Shown here one piece after another: positions 41,454 through 51,832 of a stretch of DNA of 64,000 bases. The DNA is from Synechococcus sp. (lineage in GTDB: Bacteria > Cyanobacteriota > Cyanobacteriia > PCC-6307 > Cyanobiaceae). A model generated the notes under the pieces. The model worked only from the letters and a program-made list of their open reading frames with translations, was not told where the DNA came from and ran no database searches. Position 1 is the stretch's first letter. Each line of letters opens with the position of its first letter. A program made the translations under genes and the position numbers. Location of the stretch: NCBI GenBank assembly GCA_047285805.1, contig JBJBCN010000002.1:1-64000 (forward strand). The letters run 5' to 3'.

Positions 41454-41840
41454 ATGTCGGCGGGGCTGGTGGCCTTGTTCCCTCCCTATTGCCAACGGAG
41501 CGCGCGCCCGGAGGAGCTGGAGCAAGCGCTCGAGACCTTGGCCCGTGTCTCCTGCACGGGGGTGTGTGAGCTCAAGCCGACCAGGCCGCGACCGTTTCGC
41601 CTCCGCTGGAGGGCGGGGGTGGCGCCCGCCGAGCCGGCGCAGTTGGAGTTGGTGGTTGAGGCGGATCCTTCTCGCCCGTCGCCAGCCTTGCCCGGGGCCT
41701 CCTACAGCTGTTCGGTTGCCACCTCCCAGCTGGTGCTTTGGTTGATGGATCGCCAGGGCCCAGAGGGTGCGGCGGATCTGCCGGAGAGCTTCTGGCAATG
41801 GTTGTTGCTCGGGCTCGAGCCGAGCCCTTGCACCCCTTAG
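41454..41840 (+). CDS. ebsA: EbsA-like type IV pilus/secretion-associated protein
   Basis: ALFxPY N-terminus, LVLWLMD and DLPESFWQWL. Lies upstream of the DRTGG gene. Confidence 0.6.
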   Translation: MSAGLVALFPPYCQRSARPEELEQALETLARVSCTGVCELKPTRPRPFRLRWRAGVAPAEPAQLELVVEADPSRPSPALPGASYSCSVATSQLVLWLMDRQGPEGAADLPESFWQWLLLGLEPSPCTP

Positions 41841-41864
41841 ATTCAGCGAAAGAACTGGGGTGAC

Positions 41865-42983
41865 ATGGTCCAGGGCAATGCGGCGAATCACGCTTCCCCC
41901 GCCCTGTTGATCGGTTCCTGTGCGCCCTTCAGTGGCAAATCAGCGGTCGTGTTGGGTATGGCCCGCCAGCTGCTTCAGCGGGGAGTCACGGTCAGGCTCG
42001 GTAAACCCCTTGCCGATAGTGCGGACGCCAGCGGCTCCGAGGTGTCCGGTCCCCTGATTGACGACGACGTGCGTTTCGTCGGCCAGATCCTTGGGTTGAA
42101 GGACGACCAGCTGGTTCCCTCGATTCACCTCAAGGACGGCGAAGCGGCCCGCGGACGCTTGCTTGATGGAAACCTCCAGCCAGGGGCCGGCTTTGAGCAG
42201 CTGCGGCAGCAACTGCAGGCTTCTAGCGATGGTCTGACCTTGATGGAGGCCTCCGGAAGCCTCAACGATGGTCGGCTCTATGGCCTGAGCCTGGCCCAGG
42301 TGGCCCAAGGTCTTCAGGCACCGGTTCTCTTGGTCCATGCCTGGGAAGACAGCAGCAGCGTGGAGCCGTTGCTCGCTGCCTGCGATCAGTTGGGTGACCT
42401 GTTGGCTGGGGTGGTCCTCAACGGGGTTCCCCCCGCGCAGGTTGCGGCACTGCGTACCGAGGTGGTTCCGGCGCTGGAGCGTTTGGGTCTGCCGGTGCTG
42501 GGTGTGATGCCCCGCTCTCCGCTGCTGCGCAGCGTCACGGTAGAGGAGTTAGCCCGCCGGCTCGATGCCCGCACCCTGTGCTGCACAGAGCGCCACGATC
42601 TGCTGGTGGAGACGCTTTCCATTGGTGCGATGAACGTGAACTCCGCCATGGAGTTTTTCCGTCGTCGCCGCAACATGGCGGTTGTGACCGGTGCAGACCG
42701 GACCGACATCCAACTGGCGGCCCTCGAGGCCTCCACCCAGTGTTTGATCCTCACGGGCGCAGGCGATCCGCTCCCCCAATTGATTTCTCGGGCGGAGGAA
42801 CTGGAGGTTCCCTTGCTCAAGGTGGACCACGACACCTTGACCACTGTTGGTGTTATTGAAAACGCCTTTGGCCAGGTCCGGCTGCATGAATCGGTGAAGG
42901 CCACCTACGCCTTCCGCCTGGTGGAAGAGCATTGTGATTTTGAGCGGCTTTTTAGTCGTCTACGCCTGCCAGTCCCTGCTTAA
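41865..42983 (+). CDS. Phosphotransacetylase-family AAA/DRTGG protein
   Basis: FSGKS and VTGADRTDIQLAAL motifs. Confidence 0.88.
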   Translation: MVQGNAANHASPALLIGSCAPFSGKSAVVLGMARQLLQRGVTVRLGKPLADSADASGSEVSGPLIDDDVRFVGQILGLKDDQLVPSIHLKDGEAARGRLLDGNLQPGAGFEQLRQQLQASSDGLTLMEASGSLNDGRLYGLSLAQVAQGLQAPVLLVHAWEDSSSVEPLLAACDQLGDLLAGVVLNGVPPAQVAALRTEVVPALERLGLPVLGVMPRSPLLRSVTVEELARRLDARTLCCTERHDLLVETLSIGAMNVNSAMEFFRRRRNMAVVTGADRTDIQLAALEASTQCLILTGAGDPLPQLISRAEELEVPLLKVDHDTLTTVGVIENAFGQVRLHESVKATYAFRLVEEHCDFERLFSRLRLPVPA

Positions 42984-43020
42984 ACACTGCTAATTTTGAA
43001 GTGTCAGCTGGTGTTATGCG

Positions 43021-43533
43021 TTGACCCGGTCTCTTGATCTGCCGGCCCTCGACCGGATCGACACCCTGGCTCAAGAGCTGGCGATGCTCCAGGACAAGAG
43101 CAAGCGCCGTATTGCCATCCTCGGCAGTCGCCACGTCCCGGTGGTTTCGGTTCATCTGGTGGAGTTGGTGGCTCGCTCCCTGGCCCAAGAGGGACACAGC
43201 TTGATTACGTCGGGTTCCCAGGGCGTGAACGCCGCTGTGATTCGTGGCGTCCTCGAGGTCGACCCGTTACGGCTGACCGTTCTTTTGCCCCAGAGCCTGG
43301 ATCGCCAGCCCCGCGAATCCCGTGATCAGCTCGATCGAGTCCTGCATCTCGTGGAAAAACCCGAGAACGACGAGTTGCCGTTGCCGATGGCCAGCAGCCT
43401 CTGCAACCAGGAGATCATCCGCCGCTGCGACCAGCTGATTTGCTACGCCTTCCACGACAGTGAGACCCTGCTGACCAGCTGCCGGACCGCGGAGGACATG
43501 GGGAAGGTGGTCAGCCTGATGTTCTTCGATTGA
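43021..43533 (+). CDS. DprA/Smf-like Rossmann-fold protein
   Basis: IAILGSR, TSGSQGVN and FHDS motifs. Confidence 0.75.
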   Translation: MTRSLDLPALDRIDTLAQELAMLQDKSKRRIAILGSRHVPVVSVHLVELVARSLAQEGHSLITSGSQGVNAAVIRGVLEVDPLRLTVLLPQSLDRQPRESRDQLDRVLHLVEKPENDELPLPMASSLCNQEIIRRCDQLICYAFHDSETLLTSCRTAEDMGKVVSLMFFD

Positions 43534-43542
43534 CCCTGCTGC

Positions 43543-43959
43543 TCAGTTGGCTGCGGCAATGATGCTCTGCAGTCCTTCCCAATAGAGAAGGCCCGCGCAG
43601 GTCATCGCACCGGCCCAGCAGAGGGACCGGACCGGGGGGAGGTTGGCGACATAGGCCGCGATGTAGCCCAGCCGCAGGGCCGGATAGATCCAGGCGGCGG
43701 CGATGGCTACCGGTGAGCTGACCCCTGCGATCAGGCAGATCAGAGCTGCTGGGGCATAGATGGTGAAGGCCTCGAAGCTGTTGAGGTGCGCCCAGTTGGC
43801 CCGCTTACCCCAGTCCGGCAGCCGCTCGGCCATGGCCCGAGGGGCGGCGAGGTCACTCAGCTGGAAGTCCGCCTTGGAGCGGGCGGCTCCGAGGGGGACC
43901 AGGCTGGAGACCACGACACCGGCGCTGAGGAAAAGCGACCAGGCAAAGGCGGGATGCAT
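43543..43959 (-). CDS. MAPEG-family membrane protein
   Basis: RANWAHLNSFE motif. Confidence 0.85.
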   Translation of the reverse strand: MHPAFAWSLFLSAGVVVSSLVPLGAARSKADFQLSDLAAPRAMAERLPDWGKRANWAHLNSFEAFTIYAPAALICLIAGVSSPVAIAAAWIYPALRLGYIAAYVANLPPVRSLCWAGAMTCAGLLYWEGLQSIIAAAN

Positions 43960-44023
43960 CGGAGCCAGAGTGCTCGGGTTGCCTCCTTTTCTAGGCTGGA
44001 CCCGGTTCACCCCGCGCGACCGC

Positions 44024-44515
44024 ATGGCCTCCAGCTACTCCTTCGACGTCGTCTCCGATTTCGATTGGCAGGAATTGGTGAACACCCTCGATCAAGTGCG
44101 CCGCGACGTTTCGACCCGCTACGACCTCAAGGATTCCGCTACCGAGTTGGACCTGGAAGAGACCAGCTTCACCATCACGACCGCCAGCGATATGACCCTC
44201 CAGGCCGTGGAGGACGTGCTGCGTCAGAAGGCGACCAGGCGCAATCTGTCCCTGAAGATCTTTGATTTCCAAACCCCCGAGCCCGTGGGCGGAAACAAGG
44301 TCAAGCAGGTGGTGAAATTGCGAAAAGGACTCACCCAGGACCTAGCGAAAAAGCTCAGCAAAACCATCCGCGACGAGCTCAGCAAAGTCACCGTGGCCAT
44401 CCAAGGTGATGCGCTGCGGGTGACCGGCAAAAGCAAAGATGACCTGCAGGCGGTGATCCAGCTGCTCAAAGATCAGGACGTGGAAGTGCCCCTTCAGTTC
44501 CAGAACTACCGCTAA
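44024..44515 (+). CDS. yajQ: YajQ-family nucleotide-binding protein
   Basis: SFDVVS, RYDLKD and RVTGKSKDDLQ motifs. Confidence 0.95.
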   Translation: MASSYSFDVVSDFDWQELVNTLDQVRRDVSTRYDLKDSATELDLEETSFTITTASDMTLQAVEDVLRQKATRRNLSLKIFDFQTPEPVGGNKVKQVVKLRKGLTQDLAKKLSKTIRDELSKVTVAIQGDALRVTGKSKDDLQAVIQLLKDQDVEVPLQFQNYR

Positions 44516-44536
44516 ATCGCGCCCTTTCGTCAGCCC

Positions 44537-47500
44537 ATGAGCCGCTCTGGCTGGCACTTTTGGATTGATCGAGGCGGCACCTTTACCGATGTCGTTGCCC
44601 GTTCCCCTTATGGAGAGCTGACGGTCGTCAAGGTGCTTTCGGAGCAACCCGACAGGCCGGGAGATCCCGCCGTGCGGGTGATTCGCGATTGCTTGGATCT
44701 GCCTGCCTCAGAACCCATTCCCGCGGGGCTGGTGGCGGAGGTGCGCCTGGGAACCACCGTGGCCACCAATGCCTTCTTGGAGCGGGGTGGTGCCCCCACT
44801 CTGTTGCTGATCAACCAAGGCTTTGCCGATCTGCTCGCGATCGGTGATCAGCACCGCCCTGACCTGTTTGCTCTTGCCATCCGCCGTCCCCAGCCGCTGC
44901 AGGGGCGGGTGGTCGAGGTCCAGGGCCGTTTGGCCGCCGACGGTGCTGAGCTCCAACCCCTCGTGCTGGATCAGGCCCTCGAGGCCGCTGTCTCCGCGGC
45001 GAAGGCCGATGGCTACCGCAGTGTTGCCGTTGCCCTGCTGCACAGCGCCATCAATGGGAGCCATGAGCAGCAACTCGGCTCCTGGTTGGAGTCGTTTGGC
45101 TTTGAGCATGTGGCGCTCTCCCACCAGGTGAGTCCCTTACCCCGTTTGGTGCCCCGCGGGCAAACGACGGTGCTCGAGGCCTCCGTGGGTCCAGTCCTGC
45201 AGGGGTATCTCCATCAGGTGCAGCAGGCTCTCGGCCCCGCAGTGCCGCTGCGGGTGATGCAGTCCAGTGGGGTCCTGGCCGCCCCGTCAGCCCTGCGCGC
45301 CAAGGACACGATCCTCTCCGGACCTGCCGGCGGCTTGGTCGGCGCTGTGCGCACGGCGGCCCAGGCTGGCTTTGGCCGCATCGTCGGTTTTGACATGGGC
45401 GGGACGTCGACGGACGTCTGTTATTGCGATGGGCCTTGGCCGCGCCATGAGCAGGTGGAGCTCGAGGGGCTGCCGATTCAGTCGCCGATGCTGGCGATTC
45501 ACACTGTTGCTGCCGGTGGTGGATCTCGGTTGCAGTTCGATGGCGTTCGCCTGCGGGTGGGCCCCGAGTCGGCGGGGGCGGATCCGGGTCCGGCTTGCTA
45601 TCGCCGCGGTGGGCCCCTGACCGTGACCGACGCCAACCTGTTGCTGGGACGCTTGCAGGTCAATCAGTTTCCCGCGGTCTTTGGTCCCAGGGGTGATCAG
45701 CCCCTTGATGCTGCGGTCGTTCGCGAGCAGTTCGAGGCCCTCGGCGAGCGCCTGCTCTGCTCCGCGGAAGCCGCTGCCGAGGGAGCCTTGGAGCTTGCCC
45801 TTGAGCGGATGGCGGAGGCGATTCGCCGCATCTCGATCCAACAGGGCCATGACGTGCGTGAGGCGGTGCTCTGCTGCTTCGGTGGGGCCGGTGGTCAACA
45901 CGCCTGTGCATTAGCGGAACGGTTGGGGATGCAGCAGGTGCTGCTGCATCCCTTTGCGGGGGTGCTCTCGGCCTATGGGATTGGCTTGGCCGATGAGGGG
46001 CAGGTGCTCGAGCAGGCCTGCGGTCGCCCGCTTGCGGCCAGCAGCCTGGTAGAGCTCGAGGAGATCACCGCTGAAAGGCTTGCAGCCGTGCCGGCCGGGG
46101 CCAAGCTTCAGCGCACCCTGCAGCTGCGCTTGCCCGGACGGGATCAGTGCCTGCCGCTGCCGTGGCCCAGTCCTTGCCCCGGTGTCCAGGGGCTGCGGCA
46201 GCACTTCATCGCCCAGTTCCAGCAGCGCTATGGCTACCTCCCCATTGGGCATCCGCTGGAGATCGTCGTGGACCGCCTGAGTTTGGAGTTCAGCTGGCCA
46301 GGTGCCACCGCTTGGCCCAAGCCGACGGCCGTCGCCGAGGCCGTTGCCGAGGCGGTAGAGGTGCCCCTCTATCTCGATGGCGCCTGGCGAACCGCCGCCC
46401 TCTGGCAGCGAAACGCGATCGCGGCTGGTCAGGTACTGAAGGGGCCGGCCTTGATCTGCGAGGCCACGGGAACGAACCTGTTGCCGGCCGGCTGGAGTGC
46501 CCGTTGCTTGCCGGGTGGCGAACTGCTCCTGTCCTTCGAGCAAGCGGATCGTCTCAGCAGCAGCGCCGAGTGCGCCAGCGAACCCGACCCCGTCAATTTG
46601 GAATTGTTTGGCCATCGCTTCATGGCGATCGCCGAGCAGATGGGGACGCGGCTTCAGCAGACGAGCGTCTCGGTGAACATCAAGGAGCGCCTTGATTTCT
46701 CCTGTGCCTTGTTCGATGGCCGCGGGCGCCTGGTGGCCAATGCTCCGCACATCCCCGTGCACCTGGGCTCCATGGGCGAGAGCGTATTGGCCTTGATGCG
46801 GTCTTTGGAGAACGGGGAGCTGGAACCGTTGAAGCCTGGCGACGCGCTGGTCTCCAACAACCCCTTCAACGGCGGCACCCACCTGCCTGACCTCACGCTG
46901 ATCTCGCCGCTGTTTTCCCCCTCAGGGGGGGATCAGCCCGTGGCCTTCGTGGCCTCGCGCGGTCACCACGCCGATGTGGGAGGCATCACGCCCGGGTCGA
47001 TGCCGTCCAGTAGCCGTTCCATCTCTGAGGAGGGACTGCTCTTCGACAATGTTCCGCTGGTGCGCGGCGGTCGCTTGCTGGAGCAGTCCTGGCGTGAGCG
47101 CTTGGCTGAGGGCCCGTGGCCGGCCCGCAATCCCGATCAGCTTTTGGCGGACCTACAGGCCCAGCTGGCGGCGAACGATCTCGGGGTCCAGCGCCTCTTG
47201 GCCTTGATAGCAGCAGCGGGCGAGGAGCGGGTGCTCGCCTACATGGGCCACGTTCAGGACCAAGCGGCCGCGGCGGTGCGCCAGGTCTTGAGCCGACTGA
47301 CCGATGGGGACGCGCGGGTCCAGCTCGATGCGGGACCCGAAATCGTTGTGCGTCTGCTCGTGGATCGCGCGGCCCAGCGGGCCCGGATCGATTTCAGCGG
47401 CACTTCCCCTCAGATCGCAGGCAATCTCAATGCGCCCTTGGCGATCACTAAGGCGGTAGTGATTTACGTCTTCCGCACGCTGGTGCGTGAGTCGATTCCC

Positions 47501-48136
47501 CTGAATGCGGGCTGCTTTGACCCCCTCGAGTTGGTGGTGCCCGAGGGGTGTCTGCTGAACCCCCGGCCACCGGCCGCCGTGGTGGCTGGGAACGTCGAGA
47601 CCTCGCAGGCGGTGGCAAACGCCCTCTTCGCGGCGGTGGGGGCCCTAGCGGCGTCCCAGGGAACGATGAACAACCTGAGTTTTGGCAACGCCCGCTGCCA
47701 GTACTACGAGACGGTCTGCGGTGGGACCGGAGCGGGGGATGGGTTTGCGGGAACCGATGCGGTCCAGAGCCATATGACCAATTCCCGCCTGACCGATCCA
47801 GAGATCCTTGAGCAACGCTTGCCGGTGCGGCTCGAGCAATTTGCGATCCGCCGCGGCAGCGCGGGGGTCGGTCGCTGGCCAGGCGGTAACGGCGTGCTGC
47901 GCACCTTGACCGCCCTGGAGCCCCTGACCGCGTCCTTGTTGAGCGGCAGTCGCCTCGTTCCCCCCTTTGGACTGGCCGGCGGTGGTGCGGGGGCCTGCGG
48001 TCAGAACAGCCTGCGGCGGGCGGGGGCGGTGCAGATTGAGCTCCTTCCGGGCTCCACCCAGGTGGAGTTGCACCCTGGTGATCAACTGCACCTGGCCACC
48101 CCCGGTGGCGGTGCCTATGGAGCGATCGAGCCATGA
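44537..48136 (+). CDS. oplA: ATP-dependent 5-oxoprolinase (fused hydantoinase A/B)
   Basis: DRGGTFTD, SGPAGG, DMGGTSTD, NIKERLDFSC and GGTHLPD motifs. Confidence 0.93.
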   Translation: MSRSGWHFWIDRGGTFTDVVARSPYGELTVVKVLSEQPDRPGDPAVRVIRDCLDLPASEPIPAGLVAEVRLGTTVATNAFLERGGAPTLLLINQGFADLLAIGDQHRPDLFALAIRRPQPLQGRVVEVQGRLAADGAELQPLVLDQALEAAVSAAKADGYRSVAVALLHSAINGSHEQQLGSWLESFGFEHVALSHQVSPLPRLVPRGQTTVLEASVGPVLQGYLHQVQQALGPAVPLRVMQSSGVLAAPSALRAKDTILSGPAGGLVGAVRTAAQAGFGRIVGFDMGGTSTDVCYCDGPWPRHEQVELEGLPIQSPMLAIHTVAAGGGSRLQFDGVRLRVGPESAGADPGPACYRRGGPLTVTDANLLLGRLQVNQFPAVFGPRGDQPLDAAVVREQFEALGERLLCSAEAAAEGALELALERMAEAIRRISIQQGHDVREAVLCCFGGAGGQHACALAERLGMQQVLLHPFAGVLSAYGIGLADEGQVLEQACGRPLAASSLVELEEITAERLAAVPAGAKLQRTLQLRLPGRDQCLPLPWPSPCPGVQGLRQHFIAQFQQRYGYLPIGHPLEIVVDRLSLEFSWPGATAWPKPTAVAEAVAEAVEVPLYLDGAWRTAALWQRNAIAAGQVLKGPALICEATGTNLLPAGWSARCLPGGELLLSFEQADRLSSSAECASEPDPVNLELFGHRFMAIAEQMGTRLQQTSVSVNIKERLDFSCALFDGRGRLVANAPHIPVHLGSMGESVLALMRSLENGELEPLKPGDALVSNNPFNGGTHLPDLTLISPLFSPSGGDQPVAFVASRGHHADVGGITPGSMPSSSRSISEEGLLFDNVPLVRGGRLLEQSWRERLAEGPWPARNPDQLLADLQAQLAANDLGVQRLLALIAAAGEERVLAYMGHVQDQAAAAVRQVLSRLTDGDARVQLDAGPEIVVRLLVDRAAQRARIDFSGTSPQIAGNLNAPLAITKAVVIYVFRTLVRESIPLNAGCFDPLELVVPEGCLLNPRPPAAVVAGNVETSQAVANALFAAVGALAASQGTMNNLSFGNARCQYYETVCGGTGAGDGFAGTDAVQSHMTNSRLTDPEILEQRLPVRLEQFAIRRGSAGVGRWPGGNGVLRTLTALEPLTASLLSGSRLVPPFGLAGGGAGACGQNSLRRAGAVQIELLPGSTQVELHPGDQLHLATPGGGAYGAIEP

Positions 48137-49965
48137 CTCAGCCATCACGCCTTGCGCTGGGCCTCGCCGCGGTCGCCGTGGCGTTTCCCGATCCCGGCCT
48201 CGCGAACCTGTTGCAGGAGCGCATTCAACGCTTCCATCCGGTGGAGTCCTCCGCGGGAATCGTGGCGGCCCAGGAGGCCCAGGCCGCGGCGGTCGGCGCC
48301 CAGATCCTGAGGGAGGGCGGCAATGCCGTCGATGCGGCGGTGGCCACTTCCTTTGCCTTGGCGGTGACCTTGCCCCAGGCGGGGAATCTGGGGGGAGGAG
48401 GTTTTCTCGTGCTGTGGCTGCCCAAGCAGGGACCCATTACGACCTGCGCCGCCGCCGCCCGGGGGCCCCAGCTTCCTGAGGCCATCAACCTGGGCCGCGG
48501 CGAGGCCGTGGCCCTGAACTTCCGCGAGAAGGCTCCGCTGAAGGCCGGACCGGACCTGTTCTTGAACTCCGATGGCTCGGTCAATCGGCGCTTGGCCCTG
48601 CGCAGCCTGCTCAGCACGGGGGTGCCGGGCACCGTAGCGGGCTTGACCCAGGTGCAGCAGCGCTACGGCTGTCTGCCACTGGCGACGGTGATGCAGCCGG
48701 CGATTCGCCTTGCGGAGAACGGCTTTGCGGTGGGGCCGGAGTTGAGCGCTTCCTTGAAAGCGGCCGCACCAGTCCTGAAGGCCGACTCCAGCAGTGCCGC
48801 CCAGTTCTTCAAGGCCGGTGGTGCGCCCTACCTCCCCGGTCAGCTGTTGAAGCAACCGCTGCTGGCGGCCAGCCTGCGCTGCATCGCCCAGCAGGGCGCC
48901 CGCTGCTTCTACAGCGGCCCCTTGGCCCAGGCCCTGGTCGGCTTGATGCAGGACCAAGGCGGTCTGATCAGCCGGGAGGATCTGGAGCGCTACCAGGCCC
49001 CTTGGATGCGTCCGCTGCACGGCAAGTTCCGTGGCCATCCGGTACTGACCATGCCCCCACCCAGCGGCGGCGGCGCCACCCTGCTGCAGCTGCTCAACGT
49101 CCTGGAGCCGCTGCAGCTCCAGACCACGGGGCTCAACAGTGCGGAGACGATTCACCGGATGGTCGAGGCGATGAACCTGGCCTACCGGGATCGCAATCGG
49201 CTGCTGGGGGATCCCGATCAGGTGGCGATGCCACTGGATCGTCTCCTCAGCACGCGCTATGCCGATCTCCAACGGCGACAGATCCGGTTGGACCGTCATC
49301 GCCCCGCCGTAGAACTCGAAGCCGAACCCCTTCCGCTTCACGGCGGTAGCAACACGACTCACCTCTCGGTGGTGGACCGTGATGGGGGGATGGTGAGCAC
49401 GACCACCACCTTGAACACGGCCTACGGCAATGGCATCTCCGTTCCTGGCGCGGGCTTCCTGCTCAACAACGAGATGGATGACTTCACGGCCAAGCCAGGC
49501 GCGTCCAATGCCTATGGCTTGCGTCAGGGCAGTCAGAACGCCATCGCTCCAGAGCGCCGCCCCCTCAGCTCCATGACCCCCACCCTGGTTTTTGACAAGG
49601 ATGGTCGTCCGTTGCTGGCGACTGGCAGCCCCGGGGGAAGTCGAATCATCACCACAGTGCTGCAGGTGCTGCTGAACCGGTTGGTCCACGGCCTCAACCT
49701 GGCTTCAGCCGTGGCCGAGACCCGGATTCATAGCCAACTTTGGCCCGACCAGATCAGCGCTGAGCAGGGGTTGAGTCCGGATACCTGGCGCTTACTGGAG
49801 CAGCGCGGGCACCGGATCAAGCTGCGTCCGGCGATGGGATCGGCGAACTCCGCTGAGGTGCTCTACGGGAAGGACCTTCAGGCCGTTCCCTTTGGCAGTT
49901 TGGGTGTGGCAGACCCCCGGCGACCGGATGCGGCGGCCGTGCCCGAGCGCCGTCAAGCCGATTGA
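48133..49965 (+). CDS. ggt: Gamma-glutamyltransferase
   Basis: GGNAVDAA, TTHLS, NNEMDDF, RPLSSM and GSPGG motifs, plus a signal peptide. Confidence 0.96.
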   Translation: MTQPSRLALGLAAVAVAFPDPGLANLLQERIQRFHPVESSAGIVAAQEAQAAAVGAQILREGGNAVDAAVATSFALAVTLPQAGNLGGGGFLVLWLPKQGPITTCAAAARGPQLPEAINLGRGEAVALNFREKAPLKAGPDLFLNSDGSVNRRLALRSLLSTGVPGTVAGLTQVQQRYGCLPLATVMQPAIRLAENGFAVGPELSASLKAAAPVLKADSSSAAQFFKAGGAPYLPGQLLKQPLLAASLRCIAQQGARCFYSGPLAQALVGLMQDQGGLISREDLERYQAPWMRPLHGKFRGHPVLTMPPPSGGGATLLQLLNVLEPLQLQTTGLNSAETIHRMVEAMNLAYRDRNRLLGDPDQVAMPLDRLLSTRYADLQRRQIRLDRHRPAVELEAEPLPLHGGSNTTHLSVVDRDGGMVSTTTTLNTAYGNGISVPGAGFLLNNEMDDFTAKPGASNAYGLRQGSQNAIAPERRPLSSMTPTLVFDKDGRPLLATGSPGGSRIITTVLQVLLNRLVHGLNLASAVAETRIHSQLWPDQISAEQGLSPDTWRLLEQRGHRIKLRPAMGSANSAEVLYGKDLQAVPFGSLGVADPRRPDAAAVPERRQAD

Positions 49966-51326
49966 AGGATGGACGGCAGCCAGTTCACCAAGGATGGGAA
50001 GCACACGATCAGCAGCAGAACGGCCAGCTGAACCCCGATGAAGGGCCACGCTCCGCGATAGATCGCTTGGGTGCTGACGTCTTTGGGGGCCACGCCCCGC
50101 AGGAAGAAGAGGGCAAAGCCGAAGGGCGGTGAGAGGAAGGAGGTCTGAAGGTTGGCGCCAATCAGCACGCCAAACCAGATCAGCGACTCCGGTCCAAGCA
50201 GCTGCCGGGCGCTGGGCAGCAGCAAGGGCAAGACGATGAAGGCGATCTCAAAGAAGTCGATGAAGAAGCCCAGGCCGAAGATCACGGCCATGCTCAACAG
50301 CAAAAAGCCGGCTTTGCCCCCCGGCAGGTTGAGTAGCAGATCGCTGATCAGATGATCGCCGCCGACGCCGCGGAATACCAGGCTGAAGGCCGTTGACCCC
50401 AGCAGGATGGCCATCACCATCGCGGTGGTGCGTAGGGTGTCGTCGCAGACCTGGCTTAGGCCGCGGCGGTTCAGTCCACCCTGTAGGGAAGCGAGGGCCA
50501 TCGCGCCGATGGCGCCAATAGCACCGGCTTCCGTCGGGGTGGCCAGGCCAAAAAAGATGCTGCCCAGCACCAGCAGGATCAAACCCAGGGGCGGTAGCAG
50601 CACCCGCAACAGCTGCTGGCCGCTGGGCCGCTCGGCGCTGGGATCTGTGTCGACGGGGGGGGCCAGCTTGGGCTTCAGGCTGCTGACGCTCACGACGTAT
50701 AGGGCAAAGCCCGTGGTCATCAACAACCCGGGGATGAGCGAGCCCAGGAAGAGGTCGCCGACGGACACGCCGAGCTGGTCGGCGAGTACCACAAGGACGA
50801 TGCTCGGCGGAATGATCTGGCCCAAGGTGCCCGAGGCGGCGATTACGCCGGTGGCCAACGAACGGTCGTATCCCGCCCTTAGCATCACCGGCAAGGAGAT
50901 GAGCCCCATCGTCGTCACCGTGGCGGCGACGACACCGGTGGTGGCGGCGAGAATTGCCCCCACCAGCACGACGGCCAGCGCGAGACCGCCGCGGACGCCA
51001 CGCAGCAGTTGCCCCATGGCCACCAGCAGGCGTTCAGCGATGCCCGAGCGCTCGAGCATCGTCCCCATGAAGACGAAGGCCGGAATCGCCAGCAACGTGA
51101 AGTTGCTCATGATCCCGAAGATCCGCTGCGGCAGAGCCGTGAGGAACTGGGGATCAATCACCCCAAAGGCCATTCCCAGCAGCGCAAACAGCACCGAGAT
51201 GCCGCCAAGGCCGAAGGCCACCGGATAGCCGCTCAATAGCGCCAGCACCAGGGCGATGAACATGGCCGGTCCCAGGACTTCACCCGGGAACAACGTGATG
51301 ACGTAGCCGAAGGCCTCGAGTTCCAT
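49953..51326 (-). CDS. TRAP transporter large permease (DctM)
   Basis: LAIPAFVFMG, GTLGQIIPPS and ATPTEA motifs. Confidence 0.95.
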   Translation of the reverse strand: MELEAFGYVITLFPGEVLGPAMFIALVLALLSGYPVAFGLGGISVLFALLGMAFGVIDPQFLTALPQRIFGIMSNFTLLAIPAFVFMGTMLERSGIAERLLVAMGQLLRGVRGGLALAVVLVGAILAATTGVVAATVTTMGLISLPVMLRAGYDRSLATGVIAASGTLGQIIPPSIVLVVLADQLGVSVGDLFLGSLIPGLLMTTGFALYVVSVSSLKPKLAPPVDTDPSAERPSGQQLLRVLLPPLGLILLVLGSIFFGLATPTEAGAIGAIGAMALASLQGGLNRRGLSQVCDDTLRTTAMVMAILLGSTAFSLVFRGVGGDHLISDLLLNLPGGKAGFLLLSMAVIFGLGFFIDFFEIAFIVLPLLLPSARQLLGPESLIWFGVLIGANLQTSFLSPPFGFALFFLRGVAPKDVSTQAIYRGAWPFIGVQLAVLLLIVCFPSLVNWLPSILQSA

Positions 51327-51832
51327 CAGCGCTCACGCCGCAAGCGCAGCGCCTGGGCCAGGCCCTGCAGGCCTAGCAGGCCGAAGCCCAGAGGAATCAG
51401 GCTCTTGATCCAGTAGCGTGGCAGGCCGTTGGGATCGGGGGACTGCTCCCAGATCTGCCAGGACTGCACGGCGGGCAGAAGGGAGACCAGAAGCACCATG
51501 ACCGCGAAGGGGAGGAGCAGTAGCAGCGTGCCGCCCAGTTCAATGCGCCGTTGCTTGCGGGCCGACCAGCGGCTTTGGAGCACATCCACTCGGACATGGC
51601 CGTTGCGTTGGAGCGTGTAGCCCAGCCCCAGCAAAAAGGCCACGGAGAAAAGGGCCCACTGGGCTTCGATCAAGGCGTTGGAGCTCAGGCTCATCCCCAG
51701 GGCGACGCCGAGGTAGCGCCCGACCACATTCCAGGCGCCGACCACCAACATCAGCAGGATCGACCAGCGGCCAATCCAGGCGGCGCACTGATTGAGGCGA
51801 TTGATCTGAGCAGGCCAATCGATGCGTGCCAT
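51326..51832 (-). CDS. TRAP transporter small permease (DctQ)
   Basis: HVRVD motif and four TM segments. Confidence 0.92.
   Translation of the reverse strand: MARIDWPAQINRLNQCAAWIGRWSILLMLVVGAWNVVGRYLGVALGMSLSSNALIEAQWALFSVAFLLGLGYTLQRNGHVRVDVLQSRWSARKQRRIELGGTLLLLLPFAVMVLLVSLLPAVQSWQIWEQSPDPNGLPRYWIKSLIPLGFGLLGLQGLAQALRLRRER

Noticed and set aside
19157..49689. Long antisense or alternate-frame ORFs (e.g. 19157..20251, 24527..25726, 27495..28757, 36962..38197, 48145..49689)
   Set aside because: Shadow ORFs of well-identified high-GC genes, with no motifs of their own.
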